Source: Polyangiales bacterium (lineage in GTDB: Bacteria; Myxococcota_A; Polyangia; Polyangiales; Ga0077539). Taken from it: a stretch of DNA of 64,000 nt. Location: positions 32,001-96,000 of the forward strand of contig JBGARZ010000020.1 in NCBI GenBank assembly GCA_044229975.1. Reading direction: 5' to 3'. The position numbers were made by a program, and so were the translations under genes. Shown here piece after piece: positions 10,120 to 21,009 of the stretch (the stretch's first letter is position 1; the number at the start of each line of letters is the position of its first letter). The notes under the pieces are model-generated. The model saw only the letters and a program-made list of their open reading frames with translations. It searched no databases and was not told the origin of the DNA.

Positions 10120-11195
10120 AGCTGCGTCGACTCGACATCGGGGATTTCCGAGGTATCGAGCGGTTCTCGTGGGCGCCGGGTGACCTCACGGTGCTGACCG
10201 GCCCCAACGCCGACGCGGTGTGTGCGACGGCGCTGCACTACAGCAACACGGCGCGGGGGTGGGGAGCGTTTGCGGAGGGCTTCGCCGAGGAGCCGCCGCA
10301 CCCGAAGGCGCGCTTCGTCGAGGGCTTCGCGGAGACCCGCTGGTACGCGTGCCTGACGCCCCAGGAGGGCGAGTCGCTCGACTTCGGGTATGAACTGATG
10401 CTGGAGCGCATCGAGGAGAACAACGGCTGGGCGATCGTGTACGAGCGCTTCACCCAGCAGGACGACTTCGACCTCACAGAACTCCTCGAACGTCAGGGGT
10501 CGCGCGTGGTGTTCACGCCGTCGCCGAAGGGCCCTGTGCGGGCGGGGATGAAGCCGCCGAAGGAGGAGGTCACGCGGGTGGCGGACGACATGTCCGCGCT
10601 CGGGGCGCTGCCGATCTTCTACAACGACAAGCGCATCCAGCCGTACGCGGAGTACTTCGAGGGCTGGTGCTGGCACCGGCGCATCGATCCGTCGGCGGCG
10701 GGCGCGCCGCGGCGCTTCGAGGCGGTGAAGGCGTATCACGACCGTCTCACGGCGGACGGCCGCAACCTGGTGAACACGCTGTACAGCCTGTGGGGCATCG
10801 AGCAGGTGAAGACGCCGGTGCTGGCGGGCCTGCGGGTGCTCGACGCGACGGTGGAAGACCTCGGGTTTCCGGCGGAGCCCGATGGGAGCCGGATGAGTCT
10901 GACGCTGAAGCACGAGGGCGGACGGGTGACGGAGCTCGCGGCGATGACGGACGCGACGGTGGCGTGGCTGCTACGGGGCGCGATGCTGTGCGGCGTGTGG
11001 CTGGCACCGCTGCTCATCATCGACGCGGTGGAGGAGGGCCTACCGACGGAGCTGACGGGGCCGCTGGCGGCGATGCTGCACGGGGCGGCGAAGCGTACGC
11101 AGGTGGTGCTGACGGGGGTGTCGGAGGCGCTGGACGCGGCGCTGACCGAGGCGTTCGTGGGGGATGGGCCGACGCTGGTGCGGACGGTGGTGTAG
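10116..11195 (+). CDS. AAA_21/ABC-type ATPase-like protein with degenerate catalytic motifs
   Basis: GTG overlapping accC stop; LRRLDIGDFRGI...LTVLTGPN opening typical of AAA_21 ATPases, but Walker A, signature, Walker B and H-switch are substituted. Confidence 0.65.
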   Translation: MKLRRLDIGDFRGIERFSWAPGDLTVLTGPNADAVCATALHYSNTARGWGAFAEGFAEEPPHPKARFVEGFAETRWYACLTPQEGESLDFGYELMLERIEENNGWAIVYERFTQQDDFDLTELLERQGSRVVFTPSPKGPVRAGMKPPKEEVTRVADDMSALGALPIFYNDKRIQPYAEYFEGWCWHRRIDPSAAGAPRRFEAVKAYHDRLTADGRNLVNTLYSLWGIEQVKTPVLAGLRVLDATVEDLGFPAEPDGSRMSLTLKHEGGRVTELAAMTDATVAWLLRGAMLCGVWLAPLLIIDAVEEGLPTELTGPLAAMLHGAAKRTQVVLTGVSEALDAALTEAFVGDGPTLVRTVV

Positions 11196-11208
11196 CGGGG
11201 GCGAGAGG

Positions 11209-11697
11209 CTACGAGCGGTTGCGCTCGGCGAGCGTCGCGCGGAGTTCGGGGAGCACGGCGAGGTCTTTGGAGCGACCCGCTTGCTCCTTCACGCGGATCA
11301 GGCGAGCCAACTCCAGGATGCGGATCGGCATGCCGTCGACGTCGATGATCCGGCTGTCATCCAGAACGTCCTCGTAAGCCGTGTTGGTCTCGATGGTGCC
11401 GAGCGCGTCGAGCACCCCGAGCTTCGTGTTGAACAGCGCGTGTCCCGGAGCCATCAGGTGGGATTCGTTGGGGCGAAGCCGATGAGAGTCCGTGCGAAAC
11501 GTGGCGTCGAGTTCGGTGAGCGCCGCGACAAGACGGTGTACGTTCTCTGGCGTTCGGTGGTGGAGGATGTCGAGGTCGAGCGTGTTGATCGGTGCCCCGT
11601 TGAGCACTGCCGCGACGCCGCCGACCACGACGAACTCCACATCGTGTCGCACCAGCACGCGGAGCATCTCAACGAGGGGGAAGCTTCCAGGCATCAC
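11209..11697 (-). CDS. Nucleotidyltransferase (DNA pol-beta superfamily, AbiEii/MNT-like), putative toxin
   Basis: VEFVVVGGVAAVLNG...TLDLDIL motif (GG + DxD) and C-terminal LIRVKEQAGRSKDL. Confidence 0.8.
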   Translation of the reverse strand: MMPGSFPLVEMLRVLVRHDVEFVVVGGVAAVLNGAPINTLDLDILHHRTPENVHRLVAALTELDATFRTDSHRLRPNESHLMAPGHALFNTKLGVLDALGTIETNTAYEDVLDDSRIIDVDGMPIRILELARLIRVKEQAGRSKDLAVLPELRATLAERNRS

Positions 11698-11869
11698 GCA
11701 TCTTGTTGGCGAGGTACATGTGCCCCTGGAGCATCTCGAGTCGCTGGAGCGGGGTAAGTGCCAGCGACCATCGGATGAGCGTCAGGTCGACGCCGTCCTC
11801 GTTGACCAACGGCAGCGCCGTCTCGTCGTTGCCGACCTCCCCTTCGGTCGTCTTGTGCTCGTCGCTCAT
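11669..11869 (-). CDS. Small protein upstream of nucleotidyltransferase, putative antitoxin
   Basis: 66 aa, GVDLTLIRWSLALTPLQRLE; overlaps the start of the NTase gene. Confidence 0.6.
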   Translation of the reverse strand: MSDEHKTTEGEVGNDETALPLVNEDGVDLTLIRWSLALTPLQRLEMLQGHMYLANKMRDAWKLPPR

Positions 11870-12092
11870 GTTTGGCCAGCATACCTCCAAACGCCACCTT
11901 CGACGGAGCCCATGGTGTTGGGCGCGCGCCCCTTCGGGTGAGGCTGGTGACTGACGACGCGGCGGTCGTACCCCGCCCCCACCTCCGCCCGTCGCACCCG
12001 CCGTCCGACCCACCGCATCAACTTGCCCACCGGCCCGGCGTTTGGTGTACGGTCCGCGCCTCGCGATCAGTACCGCTGGCGTTGCAGGGTGA

Positions 12093-12121
12093 TTGACACC
12101 CCTTGGCGACGCCGCTAGACC
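12093..12121 (+). promoter_or_regulatory. Putative sigma70 promoter of the nuo operon
   Basis: TTGACA (12093-12098), 17-bp spacer, TAGACC (12116-12121), about 20 bp upstream of GGAG-preceded GTG of nuoA. Confidence 0.6.
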
Positions 12122-12140
12122 GTCGCGCCGCGGAGCACCT

Positions 12141-12512
12141 GTGCAGCAAGGACTCACCCAGGCTTACGGCCCCATCTTCCTCATCATCGGGTTCTCGCTC
12201 TTCGTGGCGGCCGCGATGTTCACCCTGGCCACCATCATCGGGCCGAAAAACCCGACCGCTGGCAAGGACGCTCCCTTCGAGGCCGGCAACCCCTCCACAG
12301 GTACCAGCCACGTCAAGCTGTCGGTGAAGTTCTATCTCACCGCGATTCTGTTCGTCGTGTTCGATATCGAAGCCATCTTCCTCTACCCCTGGGCGGTCCT
12401 CTTCCAGCGCCTCGGGTGGGTCGGGCTCGCGGAGATGCTGGTGTTCATCACCGTGCTCTCGGCCGGACTCGTCTACTGCTGGAAGAAGGGAGCCCTCGAA
12501 TGGCAGACCTGA
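12141..12512 (+). CDS. nuoA: NADH-quinone oxidoreductase subunit A
   Basis: K.APFEAG, SVKFYLTAILFVVFDIEAIFLYPWA, KKGALEW; GTG start with GGAG RBS. Confidence 0.95.
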   Translation: MQQGLTQAYGPIFLIIGFSLFVAAAMFTLATIIGPKNPTAGKDAPFEAGNPSTGTSHVKLSVKFYLTAILFVVFDIEAIFLYPWAVLFQRLGWVGLAEMLVFITVLSAGLVYCWKKGALEWQT

Positions 12513-13078
12513 CCTCGAACCTCGAAACCCGAACCATCGGCGGGGGCGAGTCCGGCTTCGTCACCACCAAGCTCGACGCCCTCCTCAACTGGGCCCGCAA
12601 GTACTCGCTGTTCCAGTACCCCTTCGCGACGGCGTGCTGCGGCATGGAGTTCTTCTCCACCGCGTCGCCCCGCTACGACATCGCCCGCTTCGGCGCCGAG
12701 GCCCCGCGCTTCTCGCCCCGCCAGAGCGACGTCCTCTGGGTGGTCGGAACCATCTCCCAGCGCCAGGCCCCCGTGCTGCGCCGCGTGTACGAGCAGATGA
12801 CCGAGCCCAAGTGGGTCGTCGCCTTCGGAACGTGCGCCTCGTGCGGCGGCTTCTACGACAACTACGCGACCGTCCCGGGCATCGACAAGATCATCCCCGT
12901 CGACGTGTTCATCCCCGGCTGCCCGCCGCGCCCCGAGGCCGTGCTCGACGGTCTCATGCTCCTGCAAGAGCGCATCGGCCGCGGCGACCGCACCCCCGAG
13001 ACCCTCAAGAACACCGCCCTCCCCGAAGGCGCCGAGGAGTCCCTGGAAAAGCTCTACCAGATCCGCATGAAGCCCTGA
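12500..13078 (+). CDS. nuoB: NADH-quinone oxidoreductase subunit B
   Basis: TACCGMEF, RYDIARFG, SPRQSD, QMTEPKWV, IPGCPPRPEA. Confidence 0.96.
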   Translation: MADLTSNLETRTIGGGESGFVTTKLDALLNWARKYSLFQYPFATACCGMEFFSTASPRYDIARFGAEAPRFSPRQSDVLWVVGTISQRQAPVLRRVYEQMTEPKWVVAFGTCASCGGFYDNYATVPGIDKIIPVDVFIPGCPPRPEAVLDGLMLLQERIGRGDRTPETLKNTALPEGAEESLEKLYQIRMKP

Positions 13079-13086
13079 GAGAGTCG

Positions 13087-13668
13087 ATGTCCAAGCTCAT
13101 TCTCGAACGCCTCAAGGCCCAGTTCGGCGACGACATCATCGAGGTCAGCAGCTTCCGCGGCGACGACGTCGCCCTGGTGAAGCCCGCCCGCTGGCTCGAC
13201 GTCGCGCGCTTCGTCCACGACGACCCGCGCTGCGCCTGCACCTACTTCGTCGACCTGTCGGCCGTCGACCTGTGCGACCCGCGCACCGACGAGCTCGACA
13301 TGGACGACCGCTTCGAGGTGTACGTCATCGCGTACTCCGTCGAGCTCAAGCACCGCGTCCGCATCAAGACCCGCCTGCCCGGCGACGAGCCCCGCCTCGC
13401 CACGGTCATCCCCGTGTGGAGCGGCGCCAACTGGATGGAGCGCGAGGTCTTCGACATGTACGGCGTGCACTTCGAGGGTCACCCCGACGAGCGCCGCATC
13501 CTCACGTACGACGAGTTCAAGGGTCACCCCCTCCGCAAGGACTACCCCGCCAACCGCGCGCAGCCGTTGGTCGAGTACCGCGAAGGAACCTTCAACAAGC
13601 TCGGGCCCTTTCTCCAGGACGAGGGCATGCCCCTCAACCGCACGTCGCTCGCCGACGAGCGCAACTAA
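13087..13668 (+). CDS. nuoC: NADH-quinone oxidoreductase subunit C
   Basis: ANWMEREVFDMYG..F.GHPD.RRIL, GHPLRKDYP. Confidence 0.95.
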   Translation: MSKLILERLKAQFGDDIIEVSSFRGDDVALVKPARWLDVARFVHDDPRCACTYFVDLSAVDLCDPRTDELDMDDRFEVYVIAYSVELKHRVRIKTRLPGDEPRLATVIPVWSGANWMEREVFDMYGVHFEGHPDERRILTYDEFKGHPLRKDYPANRAQPLVEYREGTFNKLGPFLQDEGMPLNRTSLADERN

Positions 13669-13710
13669 GACCTCCCTTCCCCTTCCCAACGACCTGGAGC
13701 CAGCACCCTC

Positions 13711-14943
<1,233 letters not shown>

Positions 14944-14973
14944 TCGTTCTTCAGAACTTCAGAGAGACGATCG

Positions 14974-16665
14974 ATGCCTACGTTCAAGCTTGATGACCGC
15001 GAGATCCCCTTCGAGAAGGGGGAGACCATCATCCAGGCGGCCTACCGCCAGGGGATCGAGATCCCGCACTACTGCTGGCACCCGGGCCTCTCGGTCGCGG
15101 CCAACTGCCGGATGTGCCTCGTCGAGATCGAGCCCGGTCCCGGCCAGCGCGCGATGATGCTCGACGTCCTCAAGTGGGACGCCGCCAAGAACGACTACGT
15201 CGTCGACCGCAAGCCCAAGCTCCAGCCCGCCTGCCAGCAGGCCGCCGCCGAGGGCATGGTCGTCCGCTCGGAGAACTCCCACTTCGTCAAGGATGCGCGG
15301 GCGCACGTGCAGGAGTTTCTCCTGGTCAACCACCCGGTCGACTGCCCCATCTGCGACCAGGCCGGCGAGTGCAAGCTGCAGGACTACTACATGTCCGAGC
15401 AGCGCACGCCCAAGCGCATGCTCGACGAGCCCGTGCACAAGCCCAAGGGCGTGCCCTTCGGCCCGAAGATCGTCTACGACGGCGAGCGCTGCATCGCCTG
15501 CACCCGCTGCGTGCGCGTCTGCGACGAGCTCGCGGGCGACCACATGCTCGACCTGCGCGAGCGCGGCAACAAGAACGAGATCTCCCTCGCGCCGGGTCGT
15601 CAGCTCGACGGCGACTACTCGCTCATGACCGAGCACGTGTGCCCGGTGGGCGCGCTCACCAGCAGCCACTTCCGCTTCAAGGCGCGCGTGTGGACGCTCA
15701 AGGAGACGCCGAGCATCTGCACGGGCTGCGCGACCGGCTGCAACACCTGGATCGACGTCGACCTCCGCGAGCAGCGCGCCTACCGCGCCCGCCCGAGGGA
15801 CAACGAGGCCGTCAACAAGTACTGGATGTGCGACGACGGCATGATGACCTACCTGCGCGAGCACGAGCACCGGGTGCTCAAGGCGAGCGTGAAGCGGGAC
15901 GGTCACCGTGAAGAAGCGACCGTCGCGGAGGCGCTGGAGCGCGCCGCGTCGGGCCTCAAGGGCGTGCAGAAGGGCTGGCTCGCGGTGCTGCTCTCGGCGC
16001 AGGCGAGCACCGAGGACAACTTCGTGATGGTGGAGTTTGCGCGGCAGCTCGGCGCCCCGCTCTACCTGTCGGCGAAGGGCCCGTGGAAGGGCGACGAGAT
16101 CCTCCGCAACGTCGATCAGAACCCCAACCGCGCGGGCGCCGTGGCCGTGGCCAACAACGCCAAGGTCGGCTCGCTGAAGGACCTGCTGCACGCCGTGAGC
16201 GCGGGCCAGGTGCAGGCCGTCGTGGGCCTCGGGACGGACATCGACGCCGACGCCGACGCGCTCGCGGTGCTGAGCCGCGTGTCCGAGGTGGTCCTCATCG
16301 CGGCGCATGATGGTCCGCTCGCGTCGAAGGCGTCGGTGCTGTTGCCCGCGGCGAGCTGGCTGGAGGCGCCGGGCAGCTTCATGAACGTCAAGGGCATCGC
16401 CCAGGACTTCAAGAAGGCGCTCACGCCGAAGGGTGATGCCACGCCCGCGTGGGACCTCGTGGCGCGTCTCGGTCGGGCCATGGACCTCGACCTGAAGTAC
16501 CGGAAGTTCAAGGAGGTGCGCGCTGCGTTGGCGGTGCTCACCCCGGCGGCCAACCCGGAGCGCACGCCGCAGTCCGAGCCGCCGCCTCCGTCGTCGTCGC
16601 CCAATCCCCCGGCGGTCCCCGCCATGCCTGCTCCGGCGGTCCCCTCCACCGCGACCAACCCGTAG
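14974..16665 (+). CDS. nuoG: NADH-quinone oxidoreductase subunit G (short form, Pro-rich tail)
   Basis: IPHYCWHPGLSVAANCRMCLVE, NHPVDCPICDQAGECKLQDY, RCIACTRCVRVC, CPVGAL, CTGCATGC...WMCD. Confidence 0.93.
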   Translation: MPTFKLDDREIPFEKGETIIQAAYRQGIEIPHYCWHPGLSVAANCRMCLVEIEPGPGQRAMMLDVLKWDAAKNDYVVDRKPKLQPACQQAAAEGMVVRSENSHFVKDARAHVQEFLLVNHPVDCPICDQAGECKLQDYYMSEQRTPKRMLDEPVHKPKGVPFGPKIVYDGERCIACTRCVRVCDELAGDHMLDLRERGNKNEISLAPGRQLDGDYSLMTEHVCPVGALTSSHFRFKARVWTLKETPSICTGCATGCNTWIDVDLREQRAYRARPRDNEAVNKYWMCDDGMMTYLREHEHRVLKASVKRDGHREEATVAEALERAASGLKGVQKGWLAVLLSAQASTEDNFVMVEFARQLGAPLYLSAKGPWKGDEILRNVDQNPNRAGAVAVANNAKVGSLKDLLHAVSAGQVQAVVGLGTDIDADADALAVLSRVSEVVLIAAHDGPLASKASVLLPAASWLEAPGSFMNVKGIAQDFKKALTPKGDATPAWDLVARLGRAMDLDLKYRKFKEVRAALAVLTPAANPERTPQSEPPPPSSSPNPPAVPAMPAPAVPSTATNP

Positions 16666-16672
16666 AGGAACG

Positions 16673-17821
16673 ATGCTCTTCTGGATCTCAGCCTTCGTGA
16701 AGGTCGCCCTGATCGTCGGCGTGCTCGTGAACTTCGCCGCCATCCTTTTGTGGGTGGAGCGCAAGCAGTCCGCGATGATGCAGAACCGCATCGGCCCCAA
16801 CCGCGCGTCGATCAAGATCGGCAAGCTGGAGATTCGCGCGGCCGGTCTGGTCCACTCCATCGCCGACGGCATCAAGCTGGTCTGGAAGGAGGACTGGGAG
16901 CCCAAGAACGTCGACCGCTTCCTGTACCGCCTCGCCCCCGTGGCGGCGCTGGTGCCGGCGCTCTGTCTGTTCGCGGTGATCCCGTTTGGTCCGACGCTGT
17001 ACTTCGAGCACGCGCGCGAGCTCTACAGCCCGGCCTGGGCGACCGACCTCAACACCACGATCAACTCGATCCCGATGCAGATCACCAACCTCAACGTGGG
17101 CGTGCTCTACGTCTTCGCGGTGGCGGGTGCGGGCGTCATCGGCGCGGCGCTCGCGGGGTGGGCGAGCGACAACAAGTTCTCGCTGATGGGCGGCCTGCGC
17201 GCGGCGAGCCAGATGGTGTCCTACGAGGTGGCCATGGGCCTCTCGCTGGTGGGCTCCATGATGGTCTACCAGACGGTGCGCCTCGACGAGATGGTCACCT
17301 GGCAGACCCAGCACTGCTGGGGAATCTTCACGCAGCCCTTCGCCTTCGTGCTCTTCGCGACGGCTGCCATCGCCGAGACCAAGCGCGTGCCGTTCGACTG
17401 CCCTGAGGGCGAGAGCGAGCTCGTGGCCGGGTACTTCACCGAGTACGCGGGGCTGAAGTTCGCGATGTTCGCGTCGGGCGAGCTCGTCGAGGTGTGTACG
17501 TCGAGCGCGCTGCTCACGACCATCTTCCTCGGTGGCTGGCAGTTCCCCTTCGTGCAGCTCACCGGCCTGGAGTTTCACTACTTCGGGCTCAACATCTCCT
17601 GGCACTGGGCGCACTTCATCGTGGTGGGGGTGAGCATCCTCGCCTTCTGCCTGAAGTGCCTCGTGCTCATCTTCATGCAGCTCCAGATCCGCTGGACGCT
17701 CCCGCGCTTCCGCTACGACCAGATCATGAAGCTCGGCTGGCGCATCCTGCTGCCCGCGGCGCTCGTCAACGTGCTGGTGACGGGCATCGCGCTGATCTTC
17801 CTCAACCACGGCGCGCCGTAG
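16673..17821 (+). CDS. nuoH: NADH-quinone oxidoreductase subunit H
   Basis: WVERK..A.MQNRIGPN, GGLRAASQMVSYE, ESELVAGYFTEY, TLPRFRYDQ.M.LGW. Confidence 0.96.
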   Translation: MLFWISAFVKVALIVGVLVNFAAILLWVERKQSAMMQNRIGPNRASIKIGKLEIRAAGLVHSIADGIKLVWKEDWEPKNVDRFLYRLAPVAALVPALCLFAVIPFGPTLYFEHARELYSPAWATDLNTTINSIPMQITNLNVGVLYVFAVAGAGVIGAALAGWASDNKFSLMGGLRAASQMVSYEVAMGLSLVGSMMVYQTVRLDEMVTWQTQHCWGIFTQPFAFVLFATAAIAETKRVPFDCPEGESELVAGYFTEYAGLKFAMFASGELVEVCTSSALLTTIFLGGWQFPFVQLTGLEFHYFGLNISWHWAHFIVVGVSILAFCLKCLVLIFMQLQIRWTLPRFRYDQIMKLGWRILLPAALVNVLVTGIALIFLNHGAP

Positions 17822-17844
17822 ACACAGACCGGAGAGATCGACCG

Positions 17845-18474
17845 ATGCCTGGCAAGACCAAGGTGCTGAAGAAGCCCAACCGCACCCTCTCCGATCAGTC
17901 GTACATCGTGGAAGTCGTGAAGGGCCTCGGCCTGACGCTCAAGCACTTCTTCCAGGGCACCAAGCAGATGGTGACCAACAAGGTCCCCAACGCCGTCTCC
18001 GACCCGCTGGCCGAGGGCATCGCGACCATCTCGTACCCCGAGGAGAAGCGGCCGTACTCCGAGCGATGGCGCGGCGTTCATCGCCTCACGCACCGCGACG
18101 ATGGGTCACCGCGATGCGTGGCGTGCCTGTGCTGCTCCACGGCGTGCCCGGCGCAGTGCATCTACATCAAGCCCGGCGAGTACCCCGAAGGCGACAAGCG
18201 CCGCGGGTACGAGCGCTACCCGGTGGAGTTCGTCATCGACGAGCTGCGCTGCATCTTCTGCGGGTTCTGCGTCGAGGCGTGCCCGTGTGACGCGATCCGC
18301 ATGGACACCGGGACGCACATGACGGCCTTCGAGGTGAAGTCGGACTTCATCTACGACAAGGACAAGCTGATGAGCCTGGTGTCCCAGCACGGGACGCAGA
18401 AGTCGGAGAACCCGCGGCACGAGCCGGGTGACCCGACGCACCCGGGCATCGATCGCCTCCGCGGCGGTCACTGA
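17845..18474 (+). CDS. nuoI: NADH-quinone oxidoreductase subunit I
   Basis: TISYPEEK, two 4Fe-4S motifs CVACLCCSTACP and CIFCGFCVEACP. Confidence 0.95.
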   Translation: MPGKTKVLKKPNRTLSDQSYIVEVVKGLGLTLKHFFQGTKQMVTNKVPNAVSDPLAEGIATISYPEEKRPYSERWRGVHRLTHRDDGSPRCVACLCCSTACPAQCIYIKPGEYPEGDKRRGYERYPVEFVIDELRCIFCGFCVEACPCDAIRMDTGTHMTAFEVKSDFIYDKDKLMSLVSQHGTQKSENPRHEPGDPTHPGIDRLRGGH

Positions 18475-18480
18475 GCTGAA

Positions 18481-18561
18481 CGGGTCTGCGAGCGGAGAGG
18501 GGACCGGCGACCGCGAGGGCGCCGGGTCTTCCAGCGCCCCCGGTCGTCTGCCGAAGACCCG
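18481..18561. terminator. Imperfect GC-rich hairpin between convergent nuoI and beta-barrel genes
   Basis: CGGGTCT...AGACCCG outer pairing with inner CGACCG/CGGTCG and GGGCGC/GCGCCC; no U-tract. Confidence 0.3.
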
Positions 18562-18567
18562 CGATGG

Positions 18568-19113
18568 TCAGAAGTAGAAGCGCGCGTGGAAGGTTCCGCC
18601 GACGCCGAAGTAGAGGTACGCGCCGTTGGGGTTGAAGATGTTGAGGCGCGGCACGGCTTCGATCGCGAGCTCGAGCGGGAAGCGCTGAAACTGCAACGAG
18701 AGCCCGATCGGGAGCTCGGCGCCGAAGGTGTACCAGTCGTTGTTGCCGAAGCCGAAGTTGACGCCGGGGCCGACGTACCACTCCAGCGCCGCGACCCGTC
18801 CGCGCGTCAGCACGTTGGGGTGAAAGAGGTAGTCGCCGCGCAGGAAGATGCCGCTCTTGATCGGGGCGTAGCGGGGGCCGAAGTCGTTGCCGACGTAGCC
18901 GTTCTGGTACCAGAACGACGCGACGAACTGGAGCGACTGACGGCCGCCGACGAAGAGGTTGGCCGAGAGCCCGACGTCGGGGTAGCCGAGCGCGAGCCCG
19001 AGGCCGAAGTTGCGGCCACCGCCGACCTGCGCGTGCGCGGTCGAAGGGGTGGCAAGAGAGAGAGCGAGCGTCGTAGCGGACGCGAACACGAGGCCAGTGG
19101 TTGTGGTCTTCAC
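18568..19113 (-). CDS. Small outer-membrane beta-barrel protein (DUF3996-like)
   Basis: Signal peptide ending AHA, NFGLGLALGYP, alternating aromatic strands, C-terminal ARFYF; GTG start inferred. Confidence 0.75.
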   Translation of the reverse strand: MKTTTTGLVFASATTLALSLATPSTAHAQVGGGRNFGLGLALGYPDVGLSANLFVGGRQSLQFVASFWYQNGYVGNDFGPRYAPIKSGIFLRGDYLFHPNVLTRGRVAALEWYVGPGVNFGFGNNDWYTFGAELPIGLSLQFQRFPLELAIEAVPRLNIFNPNGAYLYFGVGGTFHARFYF

Positions 19114-19317
19114 AAGCAACGTGTTGTGCCGGGCGCGCCGACCGCAAGCGGGTGGCCGTCGACAACCGTCCGGCACGGGCGGGTCATATTCCGCAGTGCG
19201 GCGGCAACAAAATCCATCTTGATTCATGGGCAATTGATCGACGGTGCATGACGCATGACATGGGAATCCGCAGGGGAGGAACTGACACCGCGCTAACTGT
19301 GGAGTTAGCGTCGCGGT

Positions 19318-20961
19318 ATGGGTGGCGACAACCGTAGGGGAGTCGGCAGGAAACGCGCAGGCGCGTTGTTCGCCGCGTTGCTCGGGTGCTCGACGGCGGA
19401 GTCCCACCCCGAGATGGTGAGCTCGGCGACGATCGGTGCCGCCGACATGGAGGGGATGTTTTCGGAGGTGGCGATCGCGCAGGCGCCCGACGGTCCGCTC
19501 GCTCCGTGTGTCCTCTTCGACGACCTCGATGGTGATCGGCGGCCCGATCTCTTCGTGGTTCCGACCATCGAAGAGGGCCGCACGGCGACGCGCGCGCTGC
19601 TCTATCGCAACGAGGGCGGCGCGTTCTCACGCCACGAGATACCGCTCGGCATGCTGCGGTACCCGCAGAGCTGCGCGGCCGCCGACTACGACGGTGATGG
19701 TCGCGTCGACGTCTTCATCGGCGGAGCGGGCAACGGGATGATGCTCCGCAACCGCGGCGACCTGGCCTTTCAGGACGTCACCCACGCCGTTGGCGTACCG
19801 GAGCCGGGGCACACGTACACGCGGGTTCCGGCCTTCATCGACTACGACCGCGACGGCAGGCCCGACCTCTACCTCGGGCGCATGGGGCCGGGCGACGGGC
19901 CGTTTCGCTGCGACATCGTGGACGGCCAGATGGACTACGCCTGCCACCGCTCCAACGGCGCGACGGGCGGCGGTCCGGCGCTGCTGCTGCACAACGTCGG
20001 CGGGCGCTTCGAGGTAGTCGACGGAGCGGCGGGCGCGATCAACCACGCCGCCTCGCGCGGCGTCGCCGTCGTCGACTGGAACCTCGATGGCTGGATGGAC
20101 CTCGTCGTCGCCAACGACTTCGGCGCCAACCGCGTGTACCTCAACCGCGGAGGCACCTTCGTCGACGTCGCGCCCGCGCTCGGACTCGACGCGTACAACC
20201 ACGGGATGGGCGTGGCGTGCGCCGACTTCGCGGGCACCGGCGGGTGGGACCTCTACGTCGCCGACTACGGCCCCAACCAGCTCTGGGTGAACACCGGCGG
20301 TGGGGCGCTGCTCGACCAGGGCTGGGAGTCCAACGTCGGGCGCGCGACCTGGACCGACTCGAACTGGGCGCCGCTCGCGGCGGACTTCGATCAGGACGGG
20401 CGGGTCGACCTCTTCGTCGCGAGCTCGGCCTCCATGGCCACCCGAGAAGAACTCCAACCCGGCATCAACGGCGTGCTTCGCACCGACGCTCCGCAGCGCG
20501 ACCTGTTCTTCTTCAATCGTGGTCCGGGCGCCGTCTTCGCGGTGGGGCAGTGGCCCCACGCAGAGGGCGTCGGCGTCGGCATCGAGATGGCGGCGACGGC
20601 CGCGGCGGACTTCGACGGCGATGGCGACATCGACGTGGCCGAGGTGTACGGGCCGTGGCCGCGGACGGTGTTCCGGCTGATTCGCAACGACGTGCGGGCG
20701 CAGGGGCACTGGCTCCAGGTGAGCCTCGAAGGGACGGCGGACGGAGCGACGGTGCTGCTCGACGCGGGCAGCCAGCACCAGCGCCGATCGCTCACGCGCA
20801 GCTCGGGGTCGCTCGGCGGTTCGTCACCCGTCGGGCACTTCGGGCTCGGCGACGCGACGACGGTCGACCGGCTGACCGTGGTGTGGCCTTCCGGGCGAAC
20901 GCAGAAGATCGCAGGGCCGCTGCCGGTCGATCGCGTCATGACGATCGCGCAGGAGCGGTAG
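19318..20961 (+). CDS. CRTAC1/ASPIC-UnbV family FG-GAP repeat protein
   Basis: Multiple D.DGDG..D repeats, LYRN.G motifs, C-terminal GHWLQVSL...HFGLG...VDRLTVVWPSG. Confidence 0.88.
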   Translation: MGGDNRRGVGRKRAGALFAALLGCSTAESHPEMVSSATIGAADMEGMFSEVAIAQAPDGPLAPCVLFDDLDGDRRPDLFVVPTIEEGRTATRALLYRNEGGAFSRHEIPLGMLRYPQSCAAADYDGDGRVDVFIGGAGNGMMLRNRGDLAFQDVTHAVGVPEPGHTYTRVPAFIDYDRDGRPDLYLGRMGPGDGPFRCDIVDGQMDYACHRSNGATGGGPALLLHNVGGRFEVVDGAAGAINHAASRGVAVVDWNLDGWMDLVVANDFGANRVYLNRGGTFVDVAPALGLDAYNHGMGVACADFAGTGGWDLYVADYGPNQLWVNTGGGALLDQGWESNVGRATWTDSNWAPLAADFDQDGRVDLFVASSASMATREELQPGINGVLRTDAPQRDLFFFNRGPGAVFAVGQWPHAEGVGVGIEMAATAAADFDGDGDIDVAEVYGPWPRTVFRLIRNDVRAQGHWLQVSLEGTADGATVLLDAGSQHQRRSLTRSSGSLGGSSPVGHFGLGDATTVDRLTVVWPSGRTQKIAGPLPVDRVMTIAQER

Positions 20962-21009
20962 ACGCGCGCCTTGACGGCGGGCGCAGACACGATAGGTGTC
21001 GCTGCCATC

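Noticed and set aside
12093..12140. TTG start for nuoA at 12093 given by the ORF track
   Set aside because: It coincides with the TTGACA -35 box; GTG 12141 has a GGAG RBS and gives a normal NuoA length.
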